Assembly (NCBI GenBank): GCA_977017645.1
Contig: OZ360246.1
Coordinates: 15,624,001-15,688,000, forward strand
Origin: Torpedo marmorata
Taxonomy: Eukaryota
Length of the DNA stretch: 64,000 bases
Reading direction: 5' to 3'
The position numbers and the translations under genes were made by a program. The notes under the pieces are model-generated. The model was not told where the DNA came from and made no database searches. It worked only from the letters and a program-made list of their open reading frames with translations. How positions within the stretch are numbered: position 1 is the stretch's first letter; each line of letters begins with the position of its first letter. Positions 22,646 to 35,905 of this stretch are shown here, one piece after another.

Positions 22646-24344
22646 CAACCGCCTGCCTCCTCAGATGCTGCCTGACCACTGTGTTCTTGCAGCCGCTTGC
22701 TTTTGCTCTAAAGTTATAGCAGGTCTTGGAACCGTGCTCAAAGAATGATCTGAGTAATGCTTAGTTCAGGAGAAACACCAGGCCTTGAACACACTTCCAG
22801 CATGCTGGGATTCCCAAGCCCCACTGTGACAGGCTGCAGGTGAAGCCACCACACACAAAGAACACAGGTGGGGAAGTCCCCACGCAGCACCCCAAATTTA
22901 CTGGGCCACCCAAATGGCCTTGGACTAGCAGACGGGCTGTCGACCTCGCGCCTTTTGTGCCTAGTCGCTTTTTAACAGTGTGTCATGCATCCCAGAAAAA
23001 ACAAAATTGCCCATTTCCATGGATTCTTTGGAGAAACACAATCCTTTCGGAAGAACTAATGAGTAGCTGACCTGTGGGGAAGTCCAGATTTCACGGTTGT
23101 GTCCTGTTTGCTCTTTAGCTTTGACCCCTTTTTCTCCGTCACTGACAATCTGGATAGGTTTTCCAGTGAAGATGATCCTGGGTGTAATCTGATGAAACTT
23201 ATTGCAGTAGCAAAACACAGAATTCAAATTCCACGAGGCGTAATTGAATAATGGACTTCGGATTGTGTTTTTATATATGTTAAGCCATTTATATTAAATC
23301 GGATAATATCTGTTCAAATATATCATGTAGAATAATGCAACATAGAGCAAGTGAGCTCAGTATAAGTGATGTCTAATCAACATTTCTATCCTGTCATGCT
23401 AAAACTTTAGGTAATGTATTCTCTGACGCTAATGCTTACGGGGAAATTAATCATATTGATCAACTTAAGGGAGAATTTGAAGCACTTTAGGGGTGAAGTA
23501 GGACCAATGGGAAACTCTTTCGGCAGCAGACCTGCCTGTGGGGATTGCATGAATGCTCTTCTGTACAACGGGCACCAGGCTCTTGAACCTTCCTATCCTA
23601 GAAAGAAACACACGCTCACACACTAATATTGGTCACTAGACTATATCAGTTTTATGTTAGTGAGAGTATAAGCACTACCCCTTTCAAATTACTTATAAAA
23701 CAAATAGAGGATGGGCTTAAAACTAGTATCACATTGAGGTAGCCCCATGTTTAAATGTGAAAGAACGTTCCAGATAATGTTCTAATGATATATTTCTCTG
23801 TTTTTCTTTCATGTATCATCACGTTTATGTCCATTGAACAATTGCAGGTATGTCCTTTAAATTTTCTAAGGATGGCTTTGTTAACTAGTCTCATTGACCT
23901 TGTGTGATAAGAAGGCTTATTAATTTCTAAAATAACATGAATTCATATTTGAAATGGAGAATTCTGTTTTTGTTATAATTAAAGCCAAAATGTTGCAGCT
24001 TTCATGTGATTTCTGTAAGCAAGCCAGAAAAATGGAAGTACTGAAATATTTTCCTGGGAAAGCAAACTTGAGACATGATGGAAGATTTGAAATTACAATT
24101 GTGTAAAGTATTAATAAATAGGAAGATGATATTTCCTGTGTTTGGGCTGTCACAGTAACAAAGAGGTTATCAGTTTAAAATTATTGCAAAAAACCCTGAG
24201 GCGAGGGCTTCAGATGAGTTTCTTTCCACAATGGCTCTTGGAGCTTGGCCTGGGCTGCTTTGGGGCTGGTGAGACGGAGGTTTGTAAATTTGAATTGAAA
24301 TTTGGATAAATATTTGATACAGAAGAAGGTTCAGTGCTCTGGAG

Positions 24345-24573
24345 CAGCCATTCTCAACGGGGGCCCTACGGCCCCCCTGGGGGCACAGCACATTTAAGTA
24401 AAAGGCTTGTTTCCTTTTCACCTCACGTAACATAAATATTTTTATGGTTTTTATGTGGTCAGTAGGAGAGAAGTATGGGAGAAATCAAAACTTGACTGCT
24501 TCACAGGGAAGAGGGCACATAGTCCTGGGGGGGGGGAGGGGGGCATAGCTGAAAAAAAGGTTGAGAATGGCTG
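24345..24573. mobile_element. hAT (Charlie-like) MITE, unit 1 of stack
   Basis: TIRs CAGCCATTCTCAAC / GTTGAGAATGGCTG; 8-bp flanks CTCTGGAG and GTCTGGGG. Confidence 0.85.
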
Positions 24574-24581
24574 GTCTGGGG

Positions 24582-24814
24582 CAGCAATTCGCATCAGGGG
24601 CTATTCGCTTCACCACCCCCCCCCCTTCCTCAACGGGCCACAGCACATTTAAGGGGGGGCCATGGACTGAAATCATAAAATGTTTTTTATGCAGTCGGTA
24701 GGAAAGAAGTACGGAAGAAACTGCCTAAACTTGACTGCTTCACAGGGAAGGGGGCCTATAAACTTTGAACAGGTACAAAGGGGGCCATAGCCAAAAAAAG
24801 GTTGAGAATGGCTG
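24582..24814. mobile_element. hAT MITE, unit 2 of stack (related to unit 1)
   Basis: CAGCAATTCGCA...GTTGAGAATGGCTG; shares AAACTTGACTGCTTCACAGGGAAG and CACAGCACATTTAAG with unit 1. Confidence 0.8.
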
Positions 24815-24822
24815 GTCTAGAG

Positions 24823-25117
24823 CAGTGGTTCTCAACCTTATTTTACGCACAAACCATCTATGGCACACCAAGAGACCACTAATGGGGAGGGGGATTCGGG
24901 GGTTATCTGCTGAACTCGAGCCCCTTCCCAGACCACCGATGGGATTTTTGCTTTGTTTCGGTGGGAGCATTGTTTGAGAATTTTCTTTTTTTAAATTTAA
25001 TGTCAAATTTGCAACTTTGACTTCTTACTTCTTACTATATCAGCTGCAGTTGTCTTTGCCAGGACACCACCTCCCACCAAAAACAAACCCACTCGCACCA
25101 CGGGTTGAGAAACACAA
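24823..25117. mobile_element. hAT MITE, unit 3 of stack (different family)
   Basis: CAGTGGTTCTCAACC preceded by GTCTAGAG; right end GGTTGAGAAACAC. Confidence 0.7.
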
Positions 25118-26264
25118 AATATAATCGTTAATGTATTTAAATGTGTTTTCTGAAATAAAATTAAAAAGCACAAAGAAATTGAATTGATAGAACCGAAAGA
25201 GATGAAAAGCAGCTGTCTGCAATAAGAGGGTTGCACTACTCAATAGAACCTTAACAAACCAGGGGATTTGGAATTCACAGCACTACGTGTGTTACCTGTA
25301 AGCAAGTATACTTAGCTGAGTGTAATTGAAAAACCCAGAAGTGTACAACGTTCGCTGTGATTTTGCATTTTTAAGTTTATGTATGCAAGCTCTCCATTTG
25401 CTACCAGCTACTGCTTTACATAGCCAGATTAACAAATACTGACATTTGGCAGTCTGTCAGTTAGTTTTTAAATTGAAACCAAAATGCCCAGTTGAACAAT
25501 TCTGGCTTGCTGCACTGGTAGTTGATTTAGAATGAAACTAGTGTTTAGTGCCAAATGTATAATTGGGCAAATTATCATTCATTTATGTATAAAAAACACG
25601 CCATTTTAAAAGAAAGATGTGGGCTTTGCACCATACAACCGCAGCATCCTGTTTTCTACTCCGTGCACTTACACTGTAGCGATATTTTCTTTAATTATGG
25701 ATGGGAATGTTTGTATATCTTGCATTGATCTGTTTTGATGAATAGCCGGTGGCAGGCATCCAGTGTAACTACCTCTTTCCCCCACCCCCCAAAGCCCCTT
25801 CCTTTCCCCCTCTCTCCAGTGCAGAATAAATCATGCTATTGGAATGTCTGGGGCACTGAGGAAAAGCAAAGCTTGTCTGGGAAAGTACTGTAATTTCTCT
25901 GGAGCATTAGTAAAGTTCTTTACTGTCCATTCAAATCTAAGGCTATGGCCTTATTAGTTTGACTTGTTCTTTATGTGTGCAGATTTATGTGAATGCACAG
26001 GGCAGTAGAGGTTACCAGAATGATGTTCATCCTATTTGCTTTTGCCAGGACCATGTGCTATAACTCCCAGATTGATTGTGGTACAATTTACCAGTAGGTG
26101 CACAGCAGAATTTCTTTTCTCAAAGTTGACTTAATTTCCTTAAGGGAATAATGAAATTTGTTGCATTTTGTAGCAGGTTTTCCACAGCTACCCCAATCTG
26201 AACTTGTAATAACCCTCTACAGATGCCTCCCCCTCATCCTGAACCTGATTTTCCTTTTATTTCA

Positions 26265-27170
26265 TGGAAGGAAGATCACTGGTCAGGCCAGCATTCATTG
26301 CTTATGTGAAATTGACATTTGGAAGATGGCGTTGAGCGTTACTTTGATCCATTTTGTCCTCCTGGTGAAGGTACTTTGAACCTTACAGCACATAAACAGG
26401 TCCTTTCGGCCCTCACAGAGTCATTCATCTGCCCTGCTCTTGGGTTGAGAGTGTCAGTGTTAAGACTCAATGATGATGAAGGAAGAATCGTATTTTTCCA
26501 AATCCCCTTCAGGTCTGTAAATTGGATTGGAACTTGCTTAACTTGCTTGGATGGTAGCTGACCTTGACCTTCCAAGTGGTTAACGATGTTGGTTTGGGAA
26601 ATGTCATTGAAGAAGTCTGTGTCAGAGGCTTTCAGTGATTTTGTGCATGTGTCCAAGGTCGCAATATTCTGTGAAGGCACTACATGAGAGTGCATGCCGT
26701 GTGGAGTGATGGAGAGAGTGGATGTTCAGGGTGTTGGATGGGCTGTTTTGCCGTGAGTGGTGTGTTGAAGCTTCAGTTAGTCAGGCAAATGGAACTATTC
26801 GATGACATGCCTGTCTTGCTCTTGAGAGATGGTGAAAATGCTTTAAGAGTAGGAAGATGTGTTACTCGTCATAGGATAACCAGCCCTTGCTCTTCCAGCC
26901 ATTGTATTTTTTTTGGCTGATCTGGTCAATGTGATCTCCAGGATCTCAATAGTGGGATGGCTAGTGAAGGTAGTGCTAATGAATGTCAAGAAAATTTAGA
27001 CAACTATGTGGCACAAATAATGTTTGCTCTGTAGTTGTCTATTACCGAATGCAGTCCCGATCTTGCTACATGTAGGTATAGACTGCTTTATTTTCTGAAG
27101 AGGGTGCAAGTGGAATTGTGCATTCATTGATCAACATCGATGTTGCAAGTGTGTCTGCTCATGACACAAA
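26265..27170 (-). mobile_element. Ancient degenerate CR1/L2-group LINE remnant
   Basis: Starts with CACTGGTCAGGCCAGCATTCATTG, recalled as the antisense 3' end of an old chondrichthyan LINE; similar decayed sequence at 53690-53940 and 54690-55370. Confidence 0.45.
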
Positions 27171-27214
27171 GCATTGATTGAGTGGAATCAACAGTCCAAT
27201 GAAACTAGCGTCTG

Positions 27215-27400
27215 TGAGACACACGGGAAAACTCTGCACTGGCTGAAATCCCACCTCACACAAAGGAAGATCGTTTTGGTTGTTGGTGGTCAATTATATT
27301 GGCTGAGAAGCCTCACCGTGACTGTGGGAATTCCCCAACTGTGCGTCTTTGGCCCATCCATCTTAACTGTTTCATCAGTGATCTCCTATCCATTGTTGAA
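27215..27400 (+). mobile_element. Ancient LINE RT fragment
   Basis: GKTLHWLKSHLTQRKIVLVVGGQ...GIPQLCVFGP resembles a decayed GVPQGSVLGP region. Confidence 0.7.
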
Positions 27401-30400
27401 CTAGGGATATTCTTAGAACTGAATCCTTTTAACTGCTTACACTTTTCAACAGCTGTTTCCAGTTTGCCTTTCTTTTGCTAAATTGTGTCTCAGTCTAGCA
27501 CAATTGGCCTTGCTGTGTCGATAAGGCTTTGTTGCTCTTCTAGATCGAATTGAAACTACCAAAGTGGTCTGTCATTGCTACACAACTCACCAAAACAGCT
27601 TAATTCCCTGGAATTCCCAGAATTGGCCCCGTCATAGTGATCTTACCATGTATTTACTAAAACCTATTTTCAAACACACTTTAAAGAATCCTCTATCCAT
27701 AACTTTCCCATTGTTTCTTTTAAAGTTGATTACCGTAAATCCCTTTCTATCACTGCCCTGTTACTTTTACATTTCTGTTCCCCGCTGACAGTTTGTCTGC
27801 AGTCAAATTCACTGGAGCCATTGCCTCTTATTTTGGTCCTCAACCCAACCCACAAGATCTCCTCTGCTGATTTTTCCCAGCACATACAACAGTCTGCAGT
27901 CATTGTTCCATTAGCCTGAAGTTGTCAGATGCCATCGATGTATTTTCAATGCTTTTTGCTGAAAAGATGCCCCCTTCTCTGATGTTTGATGTAGCATTGG
28001 AAATTAGTTTGGAACATGTCCAACTGGCATTTGAATATGGGTCTGTTTATCTTCTCTGCAGTTACTTTGGACGGTCTTAGTTAAAACTGGCGTAGTTGGA
28101 ATTTACAGCACATTGAAGAAAGCCATTCAGTCATTGCTCATCTTAAATTGTGAATGAGCATCACTCCACATTGTGAATGCCACTAGCTCAAGATTCGTCT
28201 GCAGTGTAATGACTTTGATAATTTTAAATGCATTTTGATGGACAATCTGAACCTAAGTTATTGTAAAGGGTCCAAACGTGTGCATTTACAGCAATGCTCT
28301 ACATGGGATCTGCACCAGTTTTGTCTGAGGTCTTTGGGCAACACTATCCTATCATGTACGATGGTCTAAGGCACCAAGCAGAGTAAAATAGAGCCTGCAC
28401 AATGAAGCGTGCGCAAATATCTTTTCTACAATGTCTTGCCATTGGTGGAATTTGCAGAGGAATTGAATTCAAAGCCTGATCGCGGGAGACCGGAGATGAT
28501 TAGTGGAGAGAGGAAGGTTAAAAAGGATCAGTAATGGCAGGAGACTGTTGGAAGTGAGAGGTAGGGGGTTAATGGGCTGGTGGGTTGGTGAGATGATTGG
28601 ATGCATGTGCACCTTGTGGCCAACAGAACAACAGAGAAGTTTCCTGGACAAAGATGTGCAGCTTGGACAACCGAGAAGCAGCTCCAGTAAGATTAGGCTC
28701 TTTAATGAATGAGGAAGCAGCCCTCAACTTTAAAGTTTATTCCTGCTTCAATGCGCAGGGCATCTGCATGTTTCACCAGTAGGGTACAATCTCCGATGCG
28801 TGTCACCGGATGTCTCTGTGTGTACTATACAAAGACCCATGTCTAATCTTTGAAACTGCGTCATCAGGTGAGGTGCAGAGTTCTCCATCACATCAAGTGA
28901 CTGAGTTTTTAAAATATTCCTAGAAATGGGTCGCTCAATTCACGAGATTCCAAGGCAAGAAAGTCGCAAAACCCCAGAAATAGTACAGAGCACTCGATCG
29001 ATAGTGGAAGGTTCAATATCACAGGTATTCTAGTAGTGGACACAAGCATTGTGCAACATGACAGAGTTTGTCAGACCAATCACTAGATTTTGGTACACTA
29101 CTGGATGACATGACATTATCTGCTTCATGTGACACAAAGCTGAAAGTATGAACTACATATCTTTCAATATCTGCTCACAAGCAGAAGTGCCAGCTCTATG
29201 TTTGAGCGCATGCAGATGTTTTCATGGATTGAACAGATCAATGCGATCAAAATTGAGCCACGCTGTGCCAGTGTTTGGCTGAAAAAAAAATTGCAATGAG
29301 AGCTAGCTTTAGGGATGAATCCCTTTCACCCAAAGGATTGTCGGAAACGTATCACGCATTGTGTCAGGCACTCCCCTGAACCAGTGCTGCACTTCTGTTA
29401 ACTAATGAGAAATGAAACACCTTGAGGCTATCTTGCCAATACCCTGCATTGCAAAGATAGCCAGGTTTTGGCCAAGCTCTGCTCTGGATTCCTAAACGGT
29501 CTCCACATTTATTTTTTATTCAAGAAAGCAGCAAAGTCCTTGCTTTTGAGCCAGAAAGAGTCGGCATGCCTCAGGAAAGCTCGCGAGAGCCCTAGGCGTA
29601 CGAATCCCGCAGGAACCCTGCAATTACTTTCATCACTTGGTAAGATGTCCGCGGAGATGGAACAAGCTCCAGCCGCAGAGCAGGTTAACAATGAGATCAC
29701 TTGTGGAACCTCTTGCCTCCCCGCTCTTTGCCACCTTTGTGCCCATGACCAATCTATGACAAGTTTGTATCCCAGTGTGCGTAAAACATTTGTCTGCCGA
29801 GAGGTGAGGAAAGGGTCAGTCAATTGCGGTTTTGTTCAATGAAATGCACTGTCTGGTTTCGGAGTAACCGGCCAGACAGTCTCAGTAAACAGTCTGTATT
29901 TTATGGTTGGATAGCAAAGTTCATATTTTAGTGACTAAAGAACTTCTGGTTAACAAGTATAGTTGCTGCATTGAAAACATGCAGTCTTTGAGGAAATGCT
30001 GCAGATGGGAGATTGAACATCTTGTAAAGGATATTTATGGGACACACTTGTAGAACCCGGATCCAGGTCTTTGCATGTGAAAGATGAATCAGTTATTTTT
30101 TTATATAAACAGTGTTGCTCCATAGAGATGACTTTAAAAATATCTCACCAACTTTTCCCTCAAATAAAGTATCTGCAAATGTTTTAATTTGTCAGGATCT
30201 GTAATTAAATGAAATTGCATTTTATCTGATCAACCAGAAAAAGGAATGGGGTTTTCAGAGATCTCAGGCATTTCAAATGTTATCAGGTCCTTTAAATATC
30301 AATGTTTGCTTAATTATTAGTCATTAATTAATAGCCATGAAAGGGCAAATTTCAAAGATTGAATAATATAAAATCACAAAATTGTGGGTTTTTTTTAATG

Positions 30401-32499
30401 TCACTGTTCCCCGGGAAGGATTATTCTTGTTGTTGTTTACCCATGCATTCAATCATCAGACTCCATGGTTCCCACATTCTTGGCTTTTGAAAAATATAAC
30501 TTAAAATTAACTTGGCGAGAAGGTGATTCAGTCTTATTCCGCTCACTTAATTTTGTCAAGATTTCTGTCACGATCCACACAGGCTACTTAAGTCTTATTT
30601 TACTTGATTCCTTTGAGAACCATCCTCGTCAGCCAACGTGAGCTCTGCACCCTTTAACACAATCAGTCAAATGGTCCATGCTTCACCCTTGTGAAATTCT
30701 GTGGGATAGCCCTCTCCTTGTCACCTATTTCTTCATGGCCATAACATCCAAAGGTTATGGCGTTGCTTCCTTCTACCCCCCAGAGTCCCCCAAAACTATC
30801 TGGCCTCTAACCATTCCTCATCTACATGCTGCCTTTCAGTGACAGTTTCTGCAGCCGTTGTGACAGCTTCCATATGTTGGCCGATATTGCTGTGCTACCC
30901 CTATTGACCCCTTCTGTTGCCTCTGGTACTGGATTGCTCGGTTGACAATGTTAGATAAACCTCCAAGTTGAACGGTTGGACAACAAACCAGGAGCAAAAT
31001 ATTTTATGTGGCAGCATTAAACTTGCAGCTCAGAAGCAAGTTTATGTGTGTTTCTAAATATGCTATCAAAGTGTGCAAATTGCAGATTTATATCTATTAA
31101 TAATTTTGTTATTTTCCCATTCTGTCTGTTGGCCTAGTTGACAGCCAAGATAAACAAGGTCGGTTTTCCCCTCTAGATTAATTGAAGAAGCGGCTGTAAC
31201 CCTTCAAACAACCTTTAGGAGTCCACAAGCAGAGGCTCATTGTCTGTGCCTTTTGTATTTACCGGTATTTAAAACTTTAAAAAAATATATACATCAAAAC
31301 TACAAGAAATCATTGCATTTATTCCATGATTCAAATCAGTTGTACACCCGAATTACACCTGGCTTTCTTCTTTGGAATCCATGTCTCCTTATTTACTGCA
31401 AGCTTCCAACAGATTGCCTTCAGGGTGGAATTAACCTACTTTTGCATTTGCATTACCACTTGTCTTCTGCCTGCTGCTAAATCTATTTTTGATAATCTGG
31501 TATTCTGTGTGAGAGAAGTTTCAAAGAAACATTCAGAACTTGCAACCAAGCAGAAAATAAATGGAGATGAAATCCTTCCTTAGTGTCATGGAGTCAATTT
31601 TGTGAGAGTGCAGGAAGTTTGGGTCATGAACCCTTGTCCTCGAAGTAACCCTCAAGAAGAATGGATGGATGAAAAAATTGTGAATGAGACACATATGATG
31701 TCACGATAAGGGCAGTTATCAAGACGTGAATGGCAAAAGGGCAGATAAGCTGGAAGGGTCTGCCATGGTGAACCTTTACAACCCAATCAAATGCTGGTGA
31801 AACTACTTGTTGTCATTCGGAGCAGTGGGAGGTTGCTGTGGGGCAGGGATGGACACATCGAGGGCTGTAGTGCAGCATCAGCAAGAAGCAGGGCTCATGA
31901 TCGGGTGTCTTCAGTCAGTCCACGGTGCCATTCTCCAAAGTCTGGAACTTCCTTAGCGAGCTGAAGCAAGCCTTGCATTTGCCGCACAGGACAGCATGTG
32001 CAAGTGTCCCTGCATTGTTCCGGGGCCCACAACTGCATTTGTCTAGGCCCCTTCAGGTTAACGTGTCAAACACACCGAGGATCTGGCAGCAAAAATCACT
32101 TTGAGCCCATCATGGTAAATACCGAATCGTGCTTAGCGCAGTTTCCCAGGACATTCTATAGTGTGGCCGATGTGAAATTGCATTGTGTCGTGAAATTTTT
32201 TAGCCCATGTGTTAGCCCGTAGTTTCACCAACAGCTACCCCCACTGGAACCAGACGCATGTAAGTGCAACTCCATCACCATTCATCTCTCTTTATGATTT
32301 ACTGGGTGGCCAATTTTGTTTTTCTGAATTTGACAATAAAGCTTCAGGAAAAGTTGGAGGAAAAATGAAAAGAACACTTTATTGTAAACTAATCCAGGAA
32401 GTTGATCATTCATAGCGAATGCATCACTGCCGTACATGCGAGTATATTTGACAGTGGAAAAATCTTAAGTTGTAATGATGTTAACCTGCTAAAGCTGAA

Positions 32500-32592
32500 C
32501 ACACTCTGCTGGAGGAACTCAGTGAGTCGAACGGCATCAATGGAAGAAAAGGAGCGGTCGACATTTCCGGTCAGAACCCTTCATCGGGACTC
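32500..32592 (-). mobile_element. Penelope-derived short unit
   Basis: GCTGGAGGAACTCAG...CATTTCCGGTCAGAACCCTTCATCGGG; minus strand reads CCCGATGAAGGGTTCTGACCGGAAATG. Confidence 0.7.
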
Positions 32593-33176
32593 TGCTGAAC
32601 TTGTTTTAGAATTTGGCTGCTTCAGCTTGAAAGTAACTATAAAACGTCTATGATTACCTTACAAGATGGCAAAAGCAATGCCATCAAAGCTGTGAAGGGG
32701 AGTGTATGTGTTCAACCATATGTGCTGACAATTGGTTCCAAATCAGCTCCACCAGAAGGGTGAGCGTGGGTTGTAAGTGCTGCAACCGTGGCCATCCTGT
32801 CAGGCTCAACTGTTTGATGAGTGTGAAGAAAGGATGAGACTGCGTTCACAGTAAATCTTTGCAAACTGCTTTGTGACGAGATTCAGGAAAGATAAAGACT
32901 TGGATTGTGTAAATCAAGTTGGAGTGTTCTGAATTCCACATTCAGAGCTTTCTTTGCAAGGGGTGAGGATAAAATTACTGTGGCAGGAGTAACTGAGGAA
33001 AGGAGAAATTGAGTATTTTGTGTTGCCAGGTCAGCCACAAATTCTGACATCCAACTCATTGCTCTGTGGGCTTGGGCTGGTGGATTACGGTGTGTTTTAA
33101 TGATTTAGAGAATGATATTTGGTGATCATATTCCTGGTCTTCTTAATACAACATAAAGCACACCTGCCAGAAATTA

Positions 33177-34104
33177 CCGTATTTGATGCCATTTAAGACC
33201 CCCCTTTTCCCCCAAAAAATCGCCTCAAAAACCACCCCGGGTCTTATACGCGAAGGTGACATTTTGGTGCCGACATTTTGGCCATTGAGTGGAGTCCAGG
33301 AAGCAGGCCCGTAGCTTCGCGGACCACCTTCCCTTGGGTGCCCCGTGCTTTCCGGAGTTGCCGCCGCTCACTTCCCCCGGTAAGAAGGCTCGCTCTCTCC
33401 CTCCCTCCTTCCCGCCCGCCCTTTCCTTCCTGTTCGCTCTCCCCGCCCGTTCGCTCTCCCCACTTGTTCGCCCCGCCCGCTCGCTTGCCCCGCTCGCTCG
33501 CCCGCTCTCTCCCTCCCGTTCAATCTGCCCGCCCGCTCGCTCGCTCTCGCCCCGCCCGTTCACTCTCACCAACAGTGCTTTGAAGGGAGCGCTGGGCCTC
33601 GATGATCAGCCTTTGTTCGGCGAGCACGGACCCTCGAGCAAATTGAATGAGGCGCGGGGGCGGGTGGCAGTGAGCGAGCGGCCTGTCAAGCTCAGCTCAA
33701 CAGGCCGCCCGCTCACTGCCACCCACACCTCATTCAATCTGTTCAGGGGGCCGTGCGCGTCAAACAAAGGCTCAGCGTGGAGCCTGATCACCGAGGCCCA
33801 GCGCTCCCCTCAAAGCAAGCAAGCGATCGATCGTCTGCTCCCCGCGACGGTGGGCCTGGGCCCTGCCCGTCGTCTTGGCTTCTCTCCCTACCACCCTCGC
33901 GCGCCCGCAGGTCCCGGCACACCCGTCAATCAATTAGCGTTTGGACGGTGGGGGGGAAGCAGCCTGAGCCTCGGCGTGCGGAGGGCAGGAGGACGTGTTG
34001 CTGCTGTGAAGGTAAATACACTAAAACAATTTTTTTTCTGAAATCTCACGCTAAAAATGGGGGGGTCCTATATACCAGTGGGTCCTATATGCCGTCAAAT
34101 ACGG
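33177..34104. mobile_element. Tc1/mariner superfamily (Tc2-like) non-autonomous DNA transposon with CpG-rich interior
   Basis: TA TSD at 33175-33176 and 34105-34106; TIRs CCGTATTTGATGCCATTTAAGACC / GGTCCTATATGCCGTCAAATACGG; subterminal GGTC(T/C)TATA repeats. Confidence 0.88.
33576..33817. repeat. About 240-bp imperfect inverted repeat inside the Tc2-like element
   Basis: Arms start TGCTTTGAAGGGAGCGCTGGGCCTCG and end CGAGGCCCAGCGCTCCCCTCAAAGCA; centre AGCT-C-AGCT at 33689-33697. Confidence 0.92.
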
Positions 34105-35516
34105 TATATTTTTATGCAGAATTGAAATATCCTGTAATGAGATATTTGGAAGCAGTCCTCTTGATTTACACCCCAGTATTGGTCTGATCATATGAATCTA
34201 CAAATTGATCATTTATTTCCTTCTTGTCACCTTCCCTTTCTATCCTAAAGCTCTTGGTGCCTACTCACTTCTAATACCTTGTCAATAAGCTCATCTGACG
34301 GCTGACAGAAAATCTTTGCAACCCACTTCATGGCGGCATGCAAAGCGGGCAATCTTCACCTGCCTTGTACACAGACATATCTCCAACCCAGCCTCTCAAA
34401 GCTGATCAGAAGCCGGCACACCCACAGCATCTCACCTCCTCGACCCATGCCTGTGAGCCCACTTGCTGTGGTCTCACCATTGCAATTGTCCGAGGCCTAC
34501 TAACTCAGGACAAATCTGGAGCCATCTATTCCCCCAGCTTTCAATGGCTCAGTCAGTCCAAATAGACATGGGGGCATTAGGAAGAACGCTGAATATAGAT
34601 TTTATTGAAGGCCTGTGCATATGATTACTACACCGTAAAACCTTTTTTATTGCTTAAGAAATAAAATATATCTTAATATATTTTCATCAATTTTATTCAT
34701 ACTTAATATTTCAAGAGCTGTGAATAACAAAGCAAAGAGCTGTTCAGGTTGCACAGAGATTTGCTGTTCTGTCAGAAGTTGAGGTTCTCGTGCAAGGCAG
34801 CATGTTGGTGTGCACGTTCGATATGCTGTGATCACTACTGTGAGGGCTTGGACTGCTGAGATGACTAGAACTGGCTTCTCAGAGGGGGCAGCTTTTGCCC
34901 TGCCACCCTTCCACATTGCCCTGACTGTTGGTGGTCAGTGAGCCAGACTGCCGTGATCCATGCCAAGACACACCAAGGTTGACACAAAGAGAATGCAAGA
35001 TGATGATTAATGGACTTTGCTGACAGTGTTGCATTATTTCATTTATATATGAATTTTTATGAAGGTTTTTACTTTTGGATTTGAGATAGGCTTTATGCTT
35101 GCTTTGCCTGCTTCTCTGACAAATGGCAATGCAAGGTACTTCTGCAGAGTAATGGAGCAGTGAGTCCATGTGTAGACAGCATTTTGTTCCCACAACACGT
35201 ATATCTCCAGCTCAGCCTGAATTACGTACATTGCTTTCCGTCCAGCTGGCAGTATGTTCCTCACAATGTGTGCCTGCTACAGCTGGCAGATTTGGGTTAA
35301 AATCTACGTCATTGAGATAGGCTCGCAAGTTGTTCCTCGCTGAAGTTATCGAAGGCAAGTTGCTCCCTGACCCTCTGAGAGGATGTGGCCTCCTGCTGTG
35401 TGTCTACTCTCCTTCCTCCTCCTACCCCTTGCAGCACCTGGTTCTGCTCAATGTGCCCAATATCCCCTCTTCCAAGGAGAATACCTTGTGTAGTGCACCT
35501 GGGACAAGAAAAAAAT

Positions 35517-35905
35517 CTCCAGAGGGTTGTTAACTCGGCTTGCGACATCACAGGCACCAGTCTTCACTCCATCGAGGACATCTACAAGAGGCGGTGTCTT
35601 AAGAAAGCAGCCTCTATCCTTAAGGACCCCCACCACCCAGGCCATGCCCTCTTCACTCTGCTACCATTGGGAAAAAGGTACAGGAGCCTGAAGACGAGCA
35701 CTCAGCGGCATAAGGACAGCTTCTTTCCCTCTGCCATCAGATTCCTGAATGAACAATGAACCATGGACACTACCTTACTTTGACTTTTTCTTGCACTATT
35801 TTTTTTATTTATTTTGTAAGGTGGTTTATATAAATGTTTTCACTGTGATGCTGCTGCAAAACAACGAATTTCGTGACATGTTCATGACAATAAATTCTGA
35901 TTCTG
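35517..35905 (+). mobile_element. Rex1/Babar LINE 3' fragment (family A)
   Basis: LQRVVNSACDITGTSLHSIEDIYKRRC...AIRFLN; tail GACAATAAATTCTGATTCTGA. Confidence 0.95.

Noticed and set aside
33668-33718. AAV-ITR-like CAGTGAGCGAGCG / CGCTCACTG motifs in the hairpin and nearby GCTC repeats
   Set aside because: Polarity relative to the loop is opposite to the AAV2 ITR, there are no T-shaped arms and no Rep or Cap remnants, and the hairpin lies inside a TIR/TA-bounded element; GCTC repeats are common in GC-rich DNA.
33289-34041. 250-aa ORF, the longest in the track
   Set aside because: Pro/Arg/Ala/Ser low-complexity translation of the GC-rich MITE interior and palindrome; no transposase motifs.
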